Part shown: positions 8,711 to 19,460 of the stretch, piece by piece | Numbering within the stretch: position 1 is the first letter of the stretch | Layout of the letters: every line of letters starts with the position of its first letter | Source: a virus | Taxonomy: Duplodnaviria > Caudoviricetes | Length of the DNA: 41,020 nt | Virus record (IMG/VR): IMGVR_UViG_3300032050_009126 | Span: 1-41,020 of that record | Strand: one strand, 5' to 3' | The notes under the pieces: model-generated | Told to the model about the DNA's origin: nothing | The model's database searches: none | What the model saw: only the letters and a program-made list of their open reading frames with translations | Made by a program: the position numbers and the translations under genes

Positions 8711-10758
8711 TACGCTAGTTTAGTTTGTGGGAAAAAGTCAGTCAGTTTGAATTTGGCTTCCGGTTTTTTAAAGTTTGCTCTTTTATAATAATCTGCAAAT
8801 AAAGTCCATCCGCCTCCCATTACTAAGTCAGATACCTCTGTTTCGTTTACATTAAACTTAATCAATCCATCATATTTATCGTCTATTAATTCTGGGTATA
8901 TTATCTTTCCTTCCTTACCATGCGTCAAAATGTATTGCTCCCAAAGGTTTACCATTAGGGCTTTATTGTCCGCATTAGGGTCTACCCCATAATTTGATTT
9001 TTCTGGCAATCTTATCAGAAACGCTTCGCAATAATTGTCAACAAAAAACTTTCGCAATCCGCCATCCATTTTCGCCTCTATTAGCATTTGGCCTCCATAA
9101 GCAAAGCATTGCAGTACCATATCCATATGGAAAAGCTCTACCATCTTAGGTCTTGCGTGGTATTTGGAAACAAACATCATATTATAAACAGGATCGTTTA
9201 TGCCTATATCATACCTATTCAAAACTAAGCTAGTTGCCTTTGAACCTTCTCCATGTTCAACAACCGAGTTTTGGAATGGATCGCATCCCATAATAAACTG
9301 TACTGGATTTTTAGGTAAAAATAAATTACCCCTTCTTGTGTATGTTTCGCCCTTTGTTATCTTAAAATTCTTGGCTCTAGTCCATCTTGCTGCTTCTTTG
9401 CTAGTCGTTTCCCATACTGCTTCTGTAAATGGCACGCCGTCTTTCCAAGTCCAATTGCCATATTCAAGCACCTCTTTCTCATTAATCTTTGCTATTTCAT
9501 AAAGATCGTTAAGCAATACCGCATCAAAATGACAATTGGTATTTCTAAGCATGAACATTTCCCTTTCATCAAAAGGGTTCATTCTTATCTCCTCCTCTAA
9601 TTGAACGGCTTCTAATTGCTTACGCTTGGCTAATAAGTATTCTTTAGCTCCCAACCTAACATCTTCTTCATTTAAATCGCCTGCACCAACGTAATTATCA
9701 ACTAAATATTTATATTGTTCTTCTGTTGGTGGCCCGATTACACTCATGCCATATCGATCAATAAAGCCTAGATAACCATCATACGCGGGCGAGAAGTACT
9801 TAACCAAACGATTTGGCGTCTTGGGATATTTCAAATGATCGGCAGCATCCCATACTATCTTAAACTCCTCACCCCCGCTAGTCATACTGTTCGAGGTTGA
9901 TGGACATTCAATAAATCCTACCCTCTTGGCACCTTTTACCAATGTTTTACTTACAATAGATAAGAATGTCGAGAATGGCGTTTCTTTTGCCCATTTTCCG
10001 CCTTCATCAAATAAACCACGACTAAGACGACCAGAGTCATAAGAGTTCAAGGAAGGCGCACGATAATCAATTCTAGACCTATGTCCGGTATCATTATCTA
10101 TTGCATTACCCTTTGTGCCTCTAATGTCTACTGACTTATGGGCAAATACAAGTTCGCTTACACTGTCTTTGTTGTTTAATTGCTTGGGCTTTAGGAATAC
10201 CGGTAGTTGTCTGTAACCAAAAGAAATCATATTGGTAAAGGCCGCCTTAGCATCTATTTGCGTTTTACTTGTCAAACCACAAAAGCTATTCTTATAGAAA
10301 ATACACTCGTAAACTATATTTGATGTCGCTTGGGATGTCGCACCCTCACGGCGTTTCTTGCCTCGGACTACGCCTAAGCACCAAGGAGTCTTTTCCCAAT
10401 GGTCTAGAAACAAAAAGTACCTTCTATCTGCATCCCTAAAATCACCATAGATATCGTCCTCTAGCTTCCACCATTGAAGGTAAAAATAATGCTTACCTGT
10501 AATGTATGTGGCTTTACCATTGTTGTAAAACCAAAAGCCTTTCTTGCATCTGTCTACTTCTCTTGTAGCAAAAGCTGCCTGTTGTGCATCAAGCAAAGCG
10601 TTGCCTTCCTTATCGTATTCTACCGATTGAAAAATATTAGGCAGTTCTTTTCTTCTCCAATACTGTTCGGCAGCATCAGATTCACCCCAATCTTCTATTT
10701 CAGTATCACATTCAGGTAGGGTAATATTAGTTCCGTATATGCTTATTACTTCAGCCAT
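8710..10758 (-). CDS. terL: Terminase large subunit
   Basis: YITGKHYFYLQW, KKRREGAT (Walker A variant), LFDEGGKW (Walker B), GCDPF nuclease Asp; Bacteroidota-phage type. Confidence 0.9.
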   Translation of the reverse strand: MAEVISIYGTNITLPECDTEIEDWGESDAAEQYWRRKELPNIFQSVEYDKEGNALLDAQQAAFATREVDRCKKGFWFYNNGKATYITGKHYFYLQWWKLEDDIYGDFRDADRRYFLFLDHWEKTPWCLGVVRGKKRREGATSQATSNIVYECIFYKNSFCGLTSKTQIDAKAAFTNMISFGYRQLPVFLKPKQLNNKDSVSELVFAHKSVDIRGTKGNAIDNDTGHRSRIDYRAPSLNSYDSGRLSRGLFDEGGKWAKETPFSTFLSIVSKTLVKGAKRVGFIECPSTSNSMTSGGEEFKIVWDAADHLKYPKTPNRLVKYFSPAYDGYLGFIDRYGMSVIGPPTEEQYKYLVDNYVGAGDLNEEDVRLGAKEYLLAKRKQLEAVQLEEEIRMNPFDEREMFMLRNTNCHFDAVLLNDLYEIAKINEKEVLEYGNWTWKDGVPFTEAVWETTSKEAARWTRAKNFKITKGETYTRRGNLFLPKNPVQFIMGCDPFQNSVVEHGEGSKATSLVLNRYDIGINDPVYNMMFVSKYHARPKMVELFHMDMVLQCFAYGGQMLIEAKMDGGLRKFFVDNYCEAFLIRLPEKSNYGVDPNADNKALMVNLWEQYILTHGKEGKIIYPELIDDKYDGLIKFNVNETEVSDLVMGGGWTLFADYYKRANFKKPEAKFKLTDFFPQTKLA

Positions 10759-11069
10759 TATCTTCTAGATTCAGCTATACTTTCTACGAATGGCTTTTTG
10801 ACTACGTCTTTTTGCTCATCGCCAGTAACACCGGCAGATATGCCTAAGTCTTTAATTGCTGTTGACAAAGCAGAGCTATCATTCCAAATAGCTTTTAACC
10901 TTTCAAAAGTCTTGTCTTTTGGATCTTCTAAAAGCAAATGGGATAAGTTAGTCTTATTAAGCAAATCAGCCATTTCATTTGCCTTTCTATTCAAAGCGTA
11001 AAACAACTTGGCAGCCCCGTTCTGTTCATATAGGGCTACCTTTTGTCTTAATTCTTCTAATGTTTCCAT
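10758..11069 (-). CDS. Putative terminase small subunit
   Basis: Small helical protein translationally coupled directly upstream of terL; positional inference. Confidence 0.5.
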   Translation of the reverse strand: METLEELRQKVALYEQNGAAKLFYALNRKANEMADLLNKTNLSHLLLEDPKDKTFERLKAIWNDSSALSTAIKDLGISAGVTGDEQKDVVKKPFVESIAESRR

Positions 11070-11089
11070 TTAGATAGTTTTAGTTAATA

Positions 11090-11097
11090 CAAATATA
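11090..11097 (-). promoter_or_regulatory. -7 promoter element TATATTTG for the terminase/glycan operon
   Basis: TAnnTTTG match in the short gap upstream of 11069. Confidence 0.6.
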
Positions 11098-11101
11098 TAA
11101 A

Positions 11102-14100
11102 CTATCTTCTTAACATCCTTCTTTTACGTTCAATCAATCTTTCCATAGCCGTTTTTTTCTTTTTACCAAAAACTGCTTCTTTAGCTTCTTTAGTTGCTTC
11201 GGATTTAGCTGTCGAAATCTGCTTACCAGCCTCATTTGCTTCTAATGATACAAAAGGAACTGGATTTGGTGAATCTGTAATCACATAGCCATTATAAAGG
11301 TCAGTTAGCTTTTCTGCGATTAATCTATCTCTTTCTTTTACAAATTTATCAAATTGCTCTTTGGTTGCTATTTCTTTGGTAGATGGATTTTTTAATTCAA
11401 AAGAATAATATGTATCATCTGTTCTAGCATGCTTTTTAATAACATCCTCCAATGGCTGCTTCGCTTGATTAAATTGCTTTTCGGTACCAACCTTAATACC
11501 AGTTATAGCTGGCAACCCTTTTGTAATTAATCCCCATGTACCATCATCTTCTAAATATGTTTTTAAATCTTTTAATGCTAAAGGAGTTACTGCGTCTTTT
11601 GCAACATCCTCAAAACTTAAAGGCTGCCCATCAAAACCCTCTCTGAAAGCCAAATCAAGTGCAAGGCCATAAGCGGGTGCCATTTTACCCCTAAAAAATT
11701 TAAAGGTTTCTGTTTTAAAGTCAGCTCTCATTTTTTCATCCCCTATATATCTTACACCCATCAACATAAGTATTATATATCTTACAACAGAAGTAAATCT
11801 GCCATATGGGTTCCACGACTCACCAGTTGACAATTGCTTTAGTTGACCAAATGTTACACTTCTTGGATCATAATCAACCTCAAAATCATCATCCAAAGCA
11901 ATAGCTGCCATAATTAAATAAGGAACAGTAATTGCTATGGCCATTTTACTAATAGCTACTTTTCTTAATTCAGGAGATAAACTAGCGTAATAACCTTTTC
12001 TACCTAATGCCCAATTATATGCATCACCTATACCTAATAAATTTAATGTAGAACTAATCATCTTTGGGGCCCACATTAATGATGATAAAGTTTTCAATTT
12101 ACCAGTTTTAAATTCTTCGGCCATTTCGCCTCTAGAGGTCAATTCATTTGCCGTCCTTGCAGCATCTTTGAATTCTTTTTCATGAGTTTCAATAGTTTTA
12201 CCTTGTGCTTCTAAATGACTTACGCTTTCTAAGAATAATTTTAATCTTACATAGTTTCCGGCTGAAATTGCAATTCTTTCAAAAGGAGCTTTAATTATTG
12301 TAGCTAAAGAATATTTTTTTCCTTTTATTTCTACGCTTCTTTCTAAAAAATCTGTTCCACCTAATTGTTCTTCTCTTAAACTTTCTCTTAAAGTTTGTGG
12401 ATCTAAAATATCTAAACCAGAAACCTCAATTAGATTTGCAAGCTCTTTGTTTTCAAAGATTTGTACTATTTCTCTCTTAAATCTACCTTCATTAAAAATT
12501 ACTTTTCTTTGCTCATTCAATACTTTAGGCAATAATAATGGGTTTTGCCACATTGCGGGGCCTAATTGAATAAATATAAAGGAGTTATCGGCAGTAGCTT
12601 TAATTGCAGATAAAGTATTTTTAAACTCAGGCCCCCATCTTTTCACTAGCTTATCCCTAAATGTCAAACCTTTTAGTTCATCTTTAGCTAAAGAAACTTC
12701 AAATTCATGTTTTTTATCCGACAATTCCCTTACGGATTGAATATAAGCCTCGTATTCTTTAGGATATTTCTTTCTAAATTCAGGATTTTCTAAAAATGAT
12801 GGGGCTTTTATTGCTTTCTCAAAATCTCCTTTTTGAATTTTCTCATCAATTTCTTTGATTTTTTCAAGATTCTTTTCTTTTAAAGAATTGATTTTTGATA
12901 AATCATAAAAACCAACTTCTTTCTTTAAATCTCTTAATTCATTTCTTAACTGAGTAATTCTTTGATTTTGTTCAATTTTCGCCTTTTCATTAGTTGGCAT
13001 ATTGCCAGCCATGATATCTTCAATCTTAGCGATTAATTCAGCTTCTTTTTTTAATTCAGCTTTCTTTAATTGCAATTGGGTTAATAATGGCTTTTCTTTT
13101 TTATACCTTCCTGCAATAACATCAAATATATCCTTTTCAGATAATCCATCTATTTCATTTCTTAAATCAACATAAATGCGACTTACTATTTCCTTTAAAT
13201 CATCAACACCTTCTTCTATATAAGAAGCCATTAATTTGCTAACATCCGGTGCGATTGCAACAAGTTGTTGAGCTTTTTTTGTTGGAACAGGAAACGGCAA
13301 TGCCATTAAAACATCACTAGGCTTGTCTTTATCTTTCCATTTTTGCTTAATAGATTCTATAATAGATTTTCTATCTGCCTTATAGTCTTTTGTTTTTTGG
13401 TAAGGCTTTCTCTTTGCTTTTTCTTCTTTAAATACAGTTTCAGCAAGTAATTGAGCATTAAGCTCGTCATTAATTTCTAATTTTGCTTCTACATCTTCCT
13501 CTTTCTTTTTAATTTCTTCGTATTGCTTTTCTACTTGCTTTCTTTGTTTTTCCGTAAGCTCGTCAACATTATTAGCTTCCATTTTAGATATTACAAAGTC
13601 TGCAAGTGTTTGTCTTGGTTCTGTAACATCAGCTAAAGATCTTAATTGTCTACCCAATTGAGAATTTACTATATCGTTTAATTGAGTATATCTTATTAAT
13701 TTTTTCTCTAATTCTGGAGTAGGGTTAGCGTCATAATCACTTTTTAATTTTGCTACATAAATCTTTCTTATTTGATTTTCTTCAGGACTTGGCGAGTAAC
13801 CTTTTTCAATCTTGTCAAGCAGCTTCTCTACATTATACCCTCTTTTAATCATCTTTATGGCCTTATTAGTCCACTCCTCAAATGATTGCTTTTCTCTTTG
13901 GTACTCTGGTAAGCCTAGCATTTGCCTTCTTTCTTCATTTGCGGCAATTGTTATCGCCCCTTGCCACTCCTTCTCAACATCTTCGGTTGGTGTTGCTTCA
14001 CCTTCTCCGGCAGCTTCATCCCCTTCGACTCTTGGTTCCACTCGTTTACGTTCACCCCTTCTTTCTCCAATTTTGCGCGGTTGGCTTGGAAGAACCTCCT

Positions 14101-17100
14101 CTGCGCTTCGCTTTTGTATGGCATCTTTTATATTTTTAAGTGTTTGTAAATCATAATCTGCTTTGATTAACTTAATCATGTCATCTACCTCAAAATCATC
14201 TATTGCTCTTTTGTTGGCCTCTCCTCTTACTTTGCCTTTTACAAATTCTTTCTTTTTCTTCATCGATCTTGCAGCTTGGAACTGGTCTAGGTCGTTCTCT
14301 ACTCCCAATATTTCTTTAACAGCCATTTTAGAAAATTCTTCAAAAGTAAGATTTTGAAATTCTTCTTCTGTTAAATCTTTAAATCCTGTTAAGCTCTTTA
14401 TCTTAGTCCATAATGTCTTTAACCAATCTTTAAATGATTCTTTCTTAGACTCTACAACAAATTGCGCACCTTTATCCCCAATAGCCATTGCTAGCGCTTC
14501 GTTTTTAAAATAATCTGTCTTTTCAGCATCAGTCATGTTTCCTGCTTGCTGTTGGTAAAACTTACTATCTTTTACCTTTTTTAAATATGGAGAACCTTCA
14601 ACTAACTCCACCCCTTTTGCATAAATCTTAGGATCGTTTGTTTTTGTCCATTCTACCCAGATATGGCCTGCTTCATGTATTGGAGTATTTGGGTTTAATT
14701 TCTCCCCATTTAAATACATTTTGTTTTTATAAGTAAATCCAAGAATCCCACTATCTGACATAAAGTTAATTCTTTCATCATTGACAGCATAAGCTCCTGT
14801 ATTCTTTTCAGCAGATTTTATTTGACTTGGCTCAAACGCAACAAATATGTCATCTACATCTGCTCCGTCTTTTATGTTTTTAAATAAAACACCATCGTTA
14901 CCTTTTAATTTAGCTTCTTCAATATGAGAGTTCAATCCTCCATCTTCTTCAATATCTTTATAATCAAACTCATAAGGATTTTTAATGTTTAAAAATAAAC
15001 TTAAAACTTTTGGTTCTTTGTCATTTTTCTTTTTCCATATTTCTTCGATTTCTTTGTATCTAGCATTAGCTACTTTATCAAGTTTTTCTTCATTGCCATT
15101 TTCAACATTAATTTCTCTAGCTTTTTTGTATACCATATCTGGCACAATACGACTATTTCTAACCGACTCGATAAGATTATCTATACCGCCCGGAATATCT
15201 TTAAGTTTATCATCTTTTTTTAAATTTTCAATGATCTTATTCATCCCGTCATCATTCTCTTTCTGCCATCTCAAAACTTCATTACTAACAACATTGGATA
15301 TATCCTTTTTAATAGCAGATATTCTATCTTCATATTTGTCAATGATTATTTGTATGTCTTTAGATGGACTCATTGTAATGCCCATAAAATCCATATTATT
15401 CATGCCTGTATATGCCTCTGACGTTTTTTTATCCCCAGCAAAAAAGAACCCAGCATATGCCGATTCGGCTAGCCAATTTTTTGAACCTAATTTTTCTTTA
15501 CTAAACGCATCAAATTTCTCATTTGTTCCATGATAAACTATTCTTGGCTCTCCGTTTTTGTCTACTACTTTAGATGCATCTTTAGGATTGTTTTCCCAAT
15601 CTCCAAACCAATTTTTAAATTCTTTAGTTCTAACGGACACCCATTGTTCTTCATTTAAATTAGACTTTTTCCCGTTAGGGGCTTTCATAAAAGTTCCATC
15701 TTGCTTTGCCTTATCTATTATCTTTTGTTTTTCTATCCCTATGCCTAAATCAGCATAAGGTTCTGCCATAAATTTGGTAAACTTATCTACGTCTTTATTT
15801 TCGATCTTAGCTTTTTTGCTTCTATTGTAAATATCTCTAAATTCAGGATCGCTTAAAGGTTTTTGCCCCTTAAATTTATCAAGCATTCTTATACCGCCAA
15901 AAGACCCCCCATCTAAATGCAATGGCTGTCCATCCTTTAATCCCCAATTTCTCTTAGCCTTAAAGTCATTCCACAATAGATCGTAATTAAATATATCTGA
16001 CATCTCATATTCTTCAATTACTTCTTGCAATTCTGGATTATGCTGATCAAAGTCTTTTTGAGAAAACTTTTGTATTCTATTTAAAAGATTATTTAATTTA
16101 TCAAATCCTTTTGTTGCTTTTAATGGAGGATCTATCTTTTCAACTACAACATAATTCAATCCTCTTTCAAATGATTCAGGGATAATAGACCCTGACAAAT
16201 AATAATCACCTTCATAAATATTTTGCTCTAATCCTCTTGGTGTTTTTGCAACTTTTAATACTTTACCATCACCAAGATCAAATACCACTCTATCGCTACC
16301 TGCTCCTATTTGTTTTAATTTAGGAATATCAAATCTTTCTCTAGCCACCTGATCTGTGTCATATCTATATGCAACTGGCATATCGTTTGTGCCTCTAAAA
16401 CCTGCTTCAATTTGATATTTAACATCTTCTCTAATATCTTTTAACTTTGCCTCCAAGGCTTTTGAGTCTTTTGCCACAAATGGCTTCTGAGCATCCTTTC
16501 CAAACATCTTTTTCAATGCGTTACCAATTCTGCCAATAACTCCACTTGTTACTTCTGCTGGAGCTGCCTCTTTAGTTGCTGTATATTTATTATAAGCATC
16601 ATCTATTGTTTGTCTTAGTTTCTTGGTGTTGTATCCAAGTTCTTTAGCAATAGCTTTTTTAATTTCAGATAAAGACGTAGTTCCATCGTCAATATAGTCT
16701 TTTACTATATCTTGCATTTGGGCTACTTCTTCTGTTGTTGGTTCTTCTACTGCGAATGGTGGTTCTTCCATTCCTTCAATATCCATATCTTCTTCAAATG
16801 GAACAAAACCACCTTCAAATTGAGTTGATGCAATTTCTTCTCCTCCTTCTTCTTCAATACCCCTTCTTTCTTCAAATGCTAATTGTTGTTCTTCTAAAGT
16901 CTGACCGCCTTTAGTTCCCTTTTGATATTCTATTAATGCTTTTGCTGCATCTGCTCTAGTTGGGTATTCCGAAATCAATGCTTCTAATTCGTCTTTTATT
17001 ACATCAGTAGTTATATCTTCAAATCCTTCAGGCAAATTCTTCCAAATATCATTTACAGCTTCATTTAATGTTTTAATGCCTTCTCCTTTTACGTCTTTCT

Positions 17101-19459
17101 CAGCAACATAATCTCTTTTTGCTATTTCTTCAGGAGTAACTTCTTTTACATTCAATCTTGCTCGTCTGCCTCCAAATAAATCTTTAATTGAATCCCAATC
17201 AATCACATCTGGACTTTGGTTCATCCATGATAAAGCAAACCCTCTTGCATCTGTTGGAGCAATTTTTGCAGCTTCCTGTCTATTAACTCTTTTTTGAGCA
17301 GCATTTACGCCACTTACTGAAACTTCTTTAGGCTGTGGAGCAAACTTAGTTTTAAACGCTTCTAATTTAGACTTAACCTCTGGCTTTGCCTTTTCAACTG
17401 GTGCAACTTCTTCAGTAACTACTGTTTCTGCAACTTCTGGAGCCACGTTAGCTTCTGGCATAATAACAGAAGGGGCTTTGCCTTGTTGTTGTGGGCCTAC
17501 TACTGTTGTTTCTGCTGCAATATTCTCATCTGGCATAATAACAGCAGCGCCTTTGCTTGGCTCTACTACTTCAGGAGCTACGTTTTCTTCTGGCATTACA
17601 ACAGCAGGTTTTGTTTCTTCTGCCTTTGCTTTTAACGCCTTTTCAATTTCCGTCTTGTTATTTTCGTAGAATTGTAAATCTTCAGGAGTTTCCATTCTTT
17701 CACCTTCTACAATTCTATTTACAAATTGGTCAAATTGTTGCTTTTCTTTTACTTTATCTTCATCACGAATAGACGTAGCTAAATCATAAGTTTCCTTATT
17801 TATAGGCGTTTCATTGCCTTCAGAATCTACCTTAAAGTACATTCCTTTTTTCTCTTTATATTGAACCTTTTTGCCACTTACAATGCCTTCTAAATAATCA
17901 TTTGTTTCGTCTATCTTAGCTTGAATTAAATCAATTTGATCTTGCTTTTCTTTTTTAAATACAGGATCTAAATCAGTTAATTCTTCATATGCTTGTTGTT
18001 TTTTTATATTTAAAGCCTCTCTTTGTTCAATACCTCCAATAATCTTATATTTATCTTGAGGGGTTACTGTTGACGGTATTTTGCTAGCTATGTCTGCATA
18101 TTGTTTTGCTGTAATATTTGCAGCTTGCGCTTCTTCTGGAGTTATATTTCCTTCTTCAACTTGTTTGTTTATTTCACTTTGAATAGTATTAACATCCTTT
18201 TCGTTTGCGATTTCCTCCCTAATTGCTTTTTTTGTATTTTGAAATGAGCCTACAAATCCGCCACCAATAGCTCCGGGGCCGGTTGCCATTACAGCAGAAT
18301 TAATCATATTTTTACCTAAATTAGCAATTATATCTTCTTCATTAAAAACATCTGTTTTTGAAATTTTATTTGTTAATAATTTAACTCCTTCTGCTGCACC
18401 TGTTTGCAATGCTTCTGTGCCGGGTTCTACCGCTGCTCCGGTTGCAGCTTTGATTCCAATTCTTTTTGCTTTAGAAGCCATAGAACTAGCCAATCTTATT
18501 GCTTCTTTTTCTACATCTTCAGCAGTTGCCTTAACACCTTTTGCAACAAATTTATCTACTATTTCATTGGCAATTTTTTGTTTTGCAGCTTTGCCTAATC
18601 CTGTATTTTTTAATATTAAATCTAAAGAAACTTTTTCTAAAGCGTATTGAGCTGCTGCTTGCGTAAATATATAAGCCGCTTTCTGCCCATCATTTAATTT
18701 ATTACCTTTATCTGTTTCATAAATTTCATTTGATGCATCACTAATTGACTGAGGTATATATGTAGCCCCAGCAGTGTACGCCCCCATTATAAAACTTAAT
18801 AATTGTCCCGGAGTTTGAAAAGCCATTGATGTTACATCTTTAGCATCAACTCCACTAAAAATTGAAGATGGTTTTTCTTTTCCTTTATTTTTTACTAAAA
18901 TTTCATTATATTTTTTTAATTGAATAGGAGTTAATTTTTCCGGATCAATCATTGTCAACGTTAGTGCATCTTCTCTGGACATTTGATTTTCCTTCTGCAC
19001 AGGTGTAACATCAAATTCTTTTGCTTGCTCTTGCTCGTATTCTTTTGATGATTTTTCAGATCTTAATTTATCAAAAAAAGATTCAGTTGATTTTTGAAAT
19101 TCTCTTGCAGATGCAAGACGAGTAACCATAGTTTCTGGCCTACCCCCCAACACAGATTCCGCCAAATATGCACTTCCTCCTGCAAGTGTTGATATAGGTC
19201 TAACAAAATTGTTATACATCCCAGCAAACCAATTATTATCTTTTTGTGTATCTTTCTTTACAGCAGAAGCTATTGGGCTTTGAGCCATAGCTAAACCTTG
19301 TTGAAACTTATCTTGAGATGGTAATGGTGTAACCGAAGATCCTAAAGGTGTAGGTTCTTTTTTTTTTACATCCTCTGTCAAATATTTATCCCACTTGTTC
19401 TGCTGACCATCATTTACAGCATATTTATCCCACTTACCTGATTGATTATTTTCTGCCAT
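11102..19459 (-). CDS. Giant polyvalent protein, probably virion-packaged and ejected: kinase-like + ADP-ribosyltransferase + zincin peptidase
   Basis: Probable start MAENN at 19459, just after the upstream stop. Kinase-like IGAGSDRVV..VLKVAK..QNIYE..DFKAKRNWG..LDGG; ART-PolyVal FKNWFGDW..SKVVDKNGEPRIVYHGT..GFFF..FLNIKNP..DGV..VAFEPSQIKS; zincin NTPIHEAGHIW..NEALA. Confidence 0.8.
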   Translation of the reverse strand: MAENNQSGKWDKYAVNDGQQNKWDKYLTEDVKKKEPTPLGSSVTPLPSQDKFQQGLAMAQSPIASAVKKDTQKDNNWFAGMYNNFVRPISTLAGGSAYLAESVLGGRPETMVTRLASAREFQKSTESFFDKLRSEKSSKEYEQEQAKEFDVTPVQKENQMSREDALTLTMIDPEKLTPIQLKKYNEILVKNKGKEKPSSIFSGVDAKDVTSMAFQTPGQLLSFIMGAYTAGATYIPQSISDASNEIYETDKGNKLNDGQKAAYIFTQAAAQYALEKVSLDLILKNTGLGKAAKQKIANEIVDKFVAKGVKATAEDVEKEAIRLASSMASKAKRIGIKAATGAAVEPGTEALQTGAAEGVKLLTNKISKTDVFNEEDIIANLGKNMINSAVMATGPGAIGGGFVGSFQNTKKAIREEIANEKDVNTIQSEINKQVEEGNITPEEAQAANITAKQYADIASKIPSTVTPQDKYKIIGGIEQREALNIKKQQAYEELTDLDPVFKKEKQDQIDLIQAKIDETNDYLEGIVSGKKVQYKEKKGMYFKVDSEGNETPINKETYDLATSIRDEDKVKEKQQFDQFVNRIVEGERMETPEDLQFYENNKTEIEKALKAKAEETKPAVVMPEENVAPEVVEPSKGAAVIMPDENIAAETTVVGPQQQGKAPSVIMPEANVAPEVAETVVTEEVAPVEKAKPEVKSKLEAFKTKFAPQPKEVSVSGVNAAQKRVNRQEAAKIAPTDARGFALSWMNQSPDVIDWDSIKDLFGGRRARLNVKEVTPEEIAKRDYVAEKDVKGEGIKTLNEAVNDIWKNLPEGFEDITTDVIKDELEALISEYPTRADAAKALIEYQKGTKGGQTLEEQQLAFEERRGIEEEGGEEIASTQFEGGFVPFEEDMDIEGMEEPPFAVEEPTTEEVAQMQDIVKDYIDDGTTSLSEIKKAIAKELGYNTKKLRQTIDDAYNKYTATKEAAPAEVTSGVIGRIGNALKKMFGKDAQKPFVAKDSKALEAKLKDIREDVKYQIEAGFRGTNDMPVAYRYDTDQVARERFDIPKLKQIGAGSDRVVFDLGDGKVLKVAKTPRGLEQNIYEGDYYLSGSIIPESFERGLNYVVVEKIDPPLKATKGFDKLNNLLNRIQKFSQKDFDQHNPELQEVIEEYEMSDIFNYDLLWNDFKAKRNWGLKDGQPLHLDGGSFGGIRMLDKFKGQKPLSDPEFRDIYNRSKKAKIENKDVDKFTKFMAEPYADLGIGIEKQKIIDKAKQDGTFMKAPNGKKSNLNEEQWVSVRTKEFKNWFGDWENNPKDASKVVDKNGEPRIVYHGTNEKFDAFSKEKLGSKNWLAESAYAGFFFAGDKKTSEAYTGMNNMDFMGITMSPSKDIQIIIDKYEDRISAIKKDISNVVSNEVLRWQKENDDGMNKIIENLKKDDKLKDIPGGIDNLIESVRNSRIVPDMVYKKAREINVENGNEEKLDKVANARYKEIEEIWKKKNDKEPKVLSLFLNIKNPYEFDYKDIEEDGGLNSHIEEAKLKGNDGVLFKNIKDGADVDDIFVAFEPSQIKSAEKNTGAYAVNDERINFMSDSGILGFTYKNKMYLNGEKLNPNTPIHEAGHIWVEWTKTNDPKIYAKGVELVEGSPYLKKVKDSKFYQQQAGNMTDAEKTDYFKNEALAMAIGDKGAQFVVESKKESFKDWLKTLWTKIKSLTGFKDLTEEEFQNLTFEEFSKMAVKEILGVENDLDQFQAARSMKKKKEFVKGKVRGEANKRAIDDFEVDDMIKLIKADYDLQTLKNIKDAIQKRSAEEVLPSQPRKIGERRGERKRVEPRVEGDEAAGEGEATPTEDVEKEWQGAITIAANEERRQMLGLPEYQREKQSFEEWTNKAIKMIKRGYNVEKLLDKIEKGYSPSPEENQIRKIYVAKLKSDYDANPTPELEKKLIRYTQLNDIVNSQLGRQLRSLADVTEPRQTLADFVISKMEANNVDELTEKQRKQVEKQYEEIKKKEEDVEAKLEINDELNAQLLAETVFKEEKAKRKPYQKTKDYKADRKSIIESIKQKWKDKDKPSDVLMALPFPVPTKKAQQLVAIAPDVSKLMASYIEEGVDDLKEIVSRIYVDLRNEIDGLSEKDIFDVIAGRYKKEKPLLTQLQLKKAELKKEAELIAKIEDIMAGNMPTNEKAKIEQNQRITQLRNELRDLKKEVGFYDLSKINSLKEKNLEKIKEIDEKIQKGDFEKAIKAPSFLENPEFRKKYPKEYEAYIQSVRELSDKKHEFEVSLAKDELKGLTFRDKLVKRWGPEFKNTLSAIKATADNSFIFIQLGPAMWQNPLLLPKVLNEQRKVIFNEGRFKREIVQIFENKELANLIEVSGLDILDPQTLRESLREEQLGGTDFLERSVEIKGKKYSLATIIKAPFERIAISAGNYVRLKLFLESVSHLEAQGKTIETHEKEFKDAARTANELTSRGEMAEEFKTGKLKTLSSLMWAPKMISSTLNLLGIGDAYNWALGRKGYYASLSPELRKVAISKMAIAITVPYLIMAAIALDDDFEVDYDPRSVTFGQLKQLSTGESWNPYGRFTSVVRYIILMLMGVRYIGDEKMRADFKTETFKFFRGKMAPAYGLALDLAFREGFDGQPLSFEDVAKDAVTPLALKDLKTYLEDDGTWGLITKGLPAITGIKVGTEKQFNQAKQPLEDVIKKHARTDDTYYSFELKNPSTKEIATKEQFDKFVKERDRLIAEKLTDLYNGYVITDSPNPVPFVSLEANEAGKQISTAKSEATKEAKEAVFGKKKKTAMERLIERKRRMLRR
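17428..17608 (-). repeat. Three intragenic peptide repeats (AVVMPEENVAPE / AVIMPDENIAAE / SVIMPEANVAPE)
   Basis: Visible in the translation and as TGGCAT-a/t-A-c/t-AACAG DNA repeats. Confidence 0.75.
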
Positions 19460-19460
19460 C

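Noticed and set aside
11070-11086. Bulged pairing of sRNA 1 with the terminase small subunit leader
   Set aside because: Only 5+8 nt of low-complexity AT-rich match; not distinguishable from chance by eye
11102-19459. crAss-type virion RNA polymerase
   Set aside because: No convincing DxDxD catalytic motif context seen; the domains found are kinase-like, ART and peptidase
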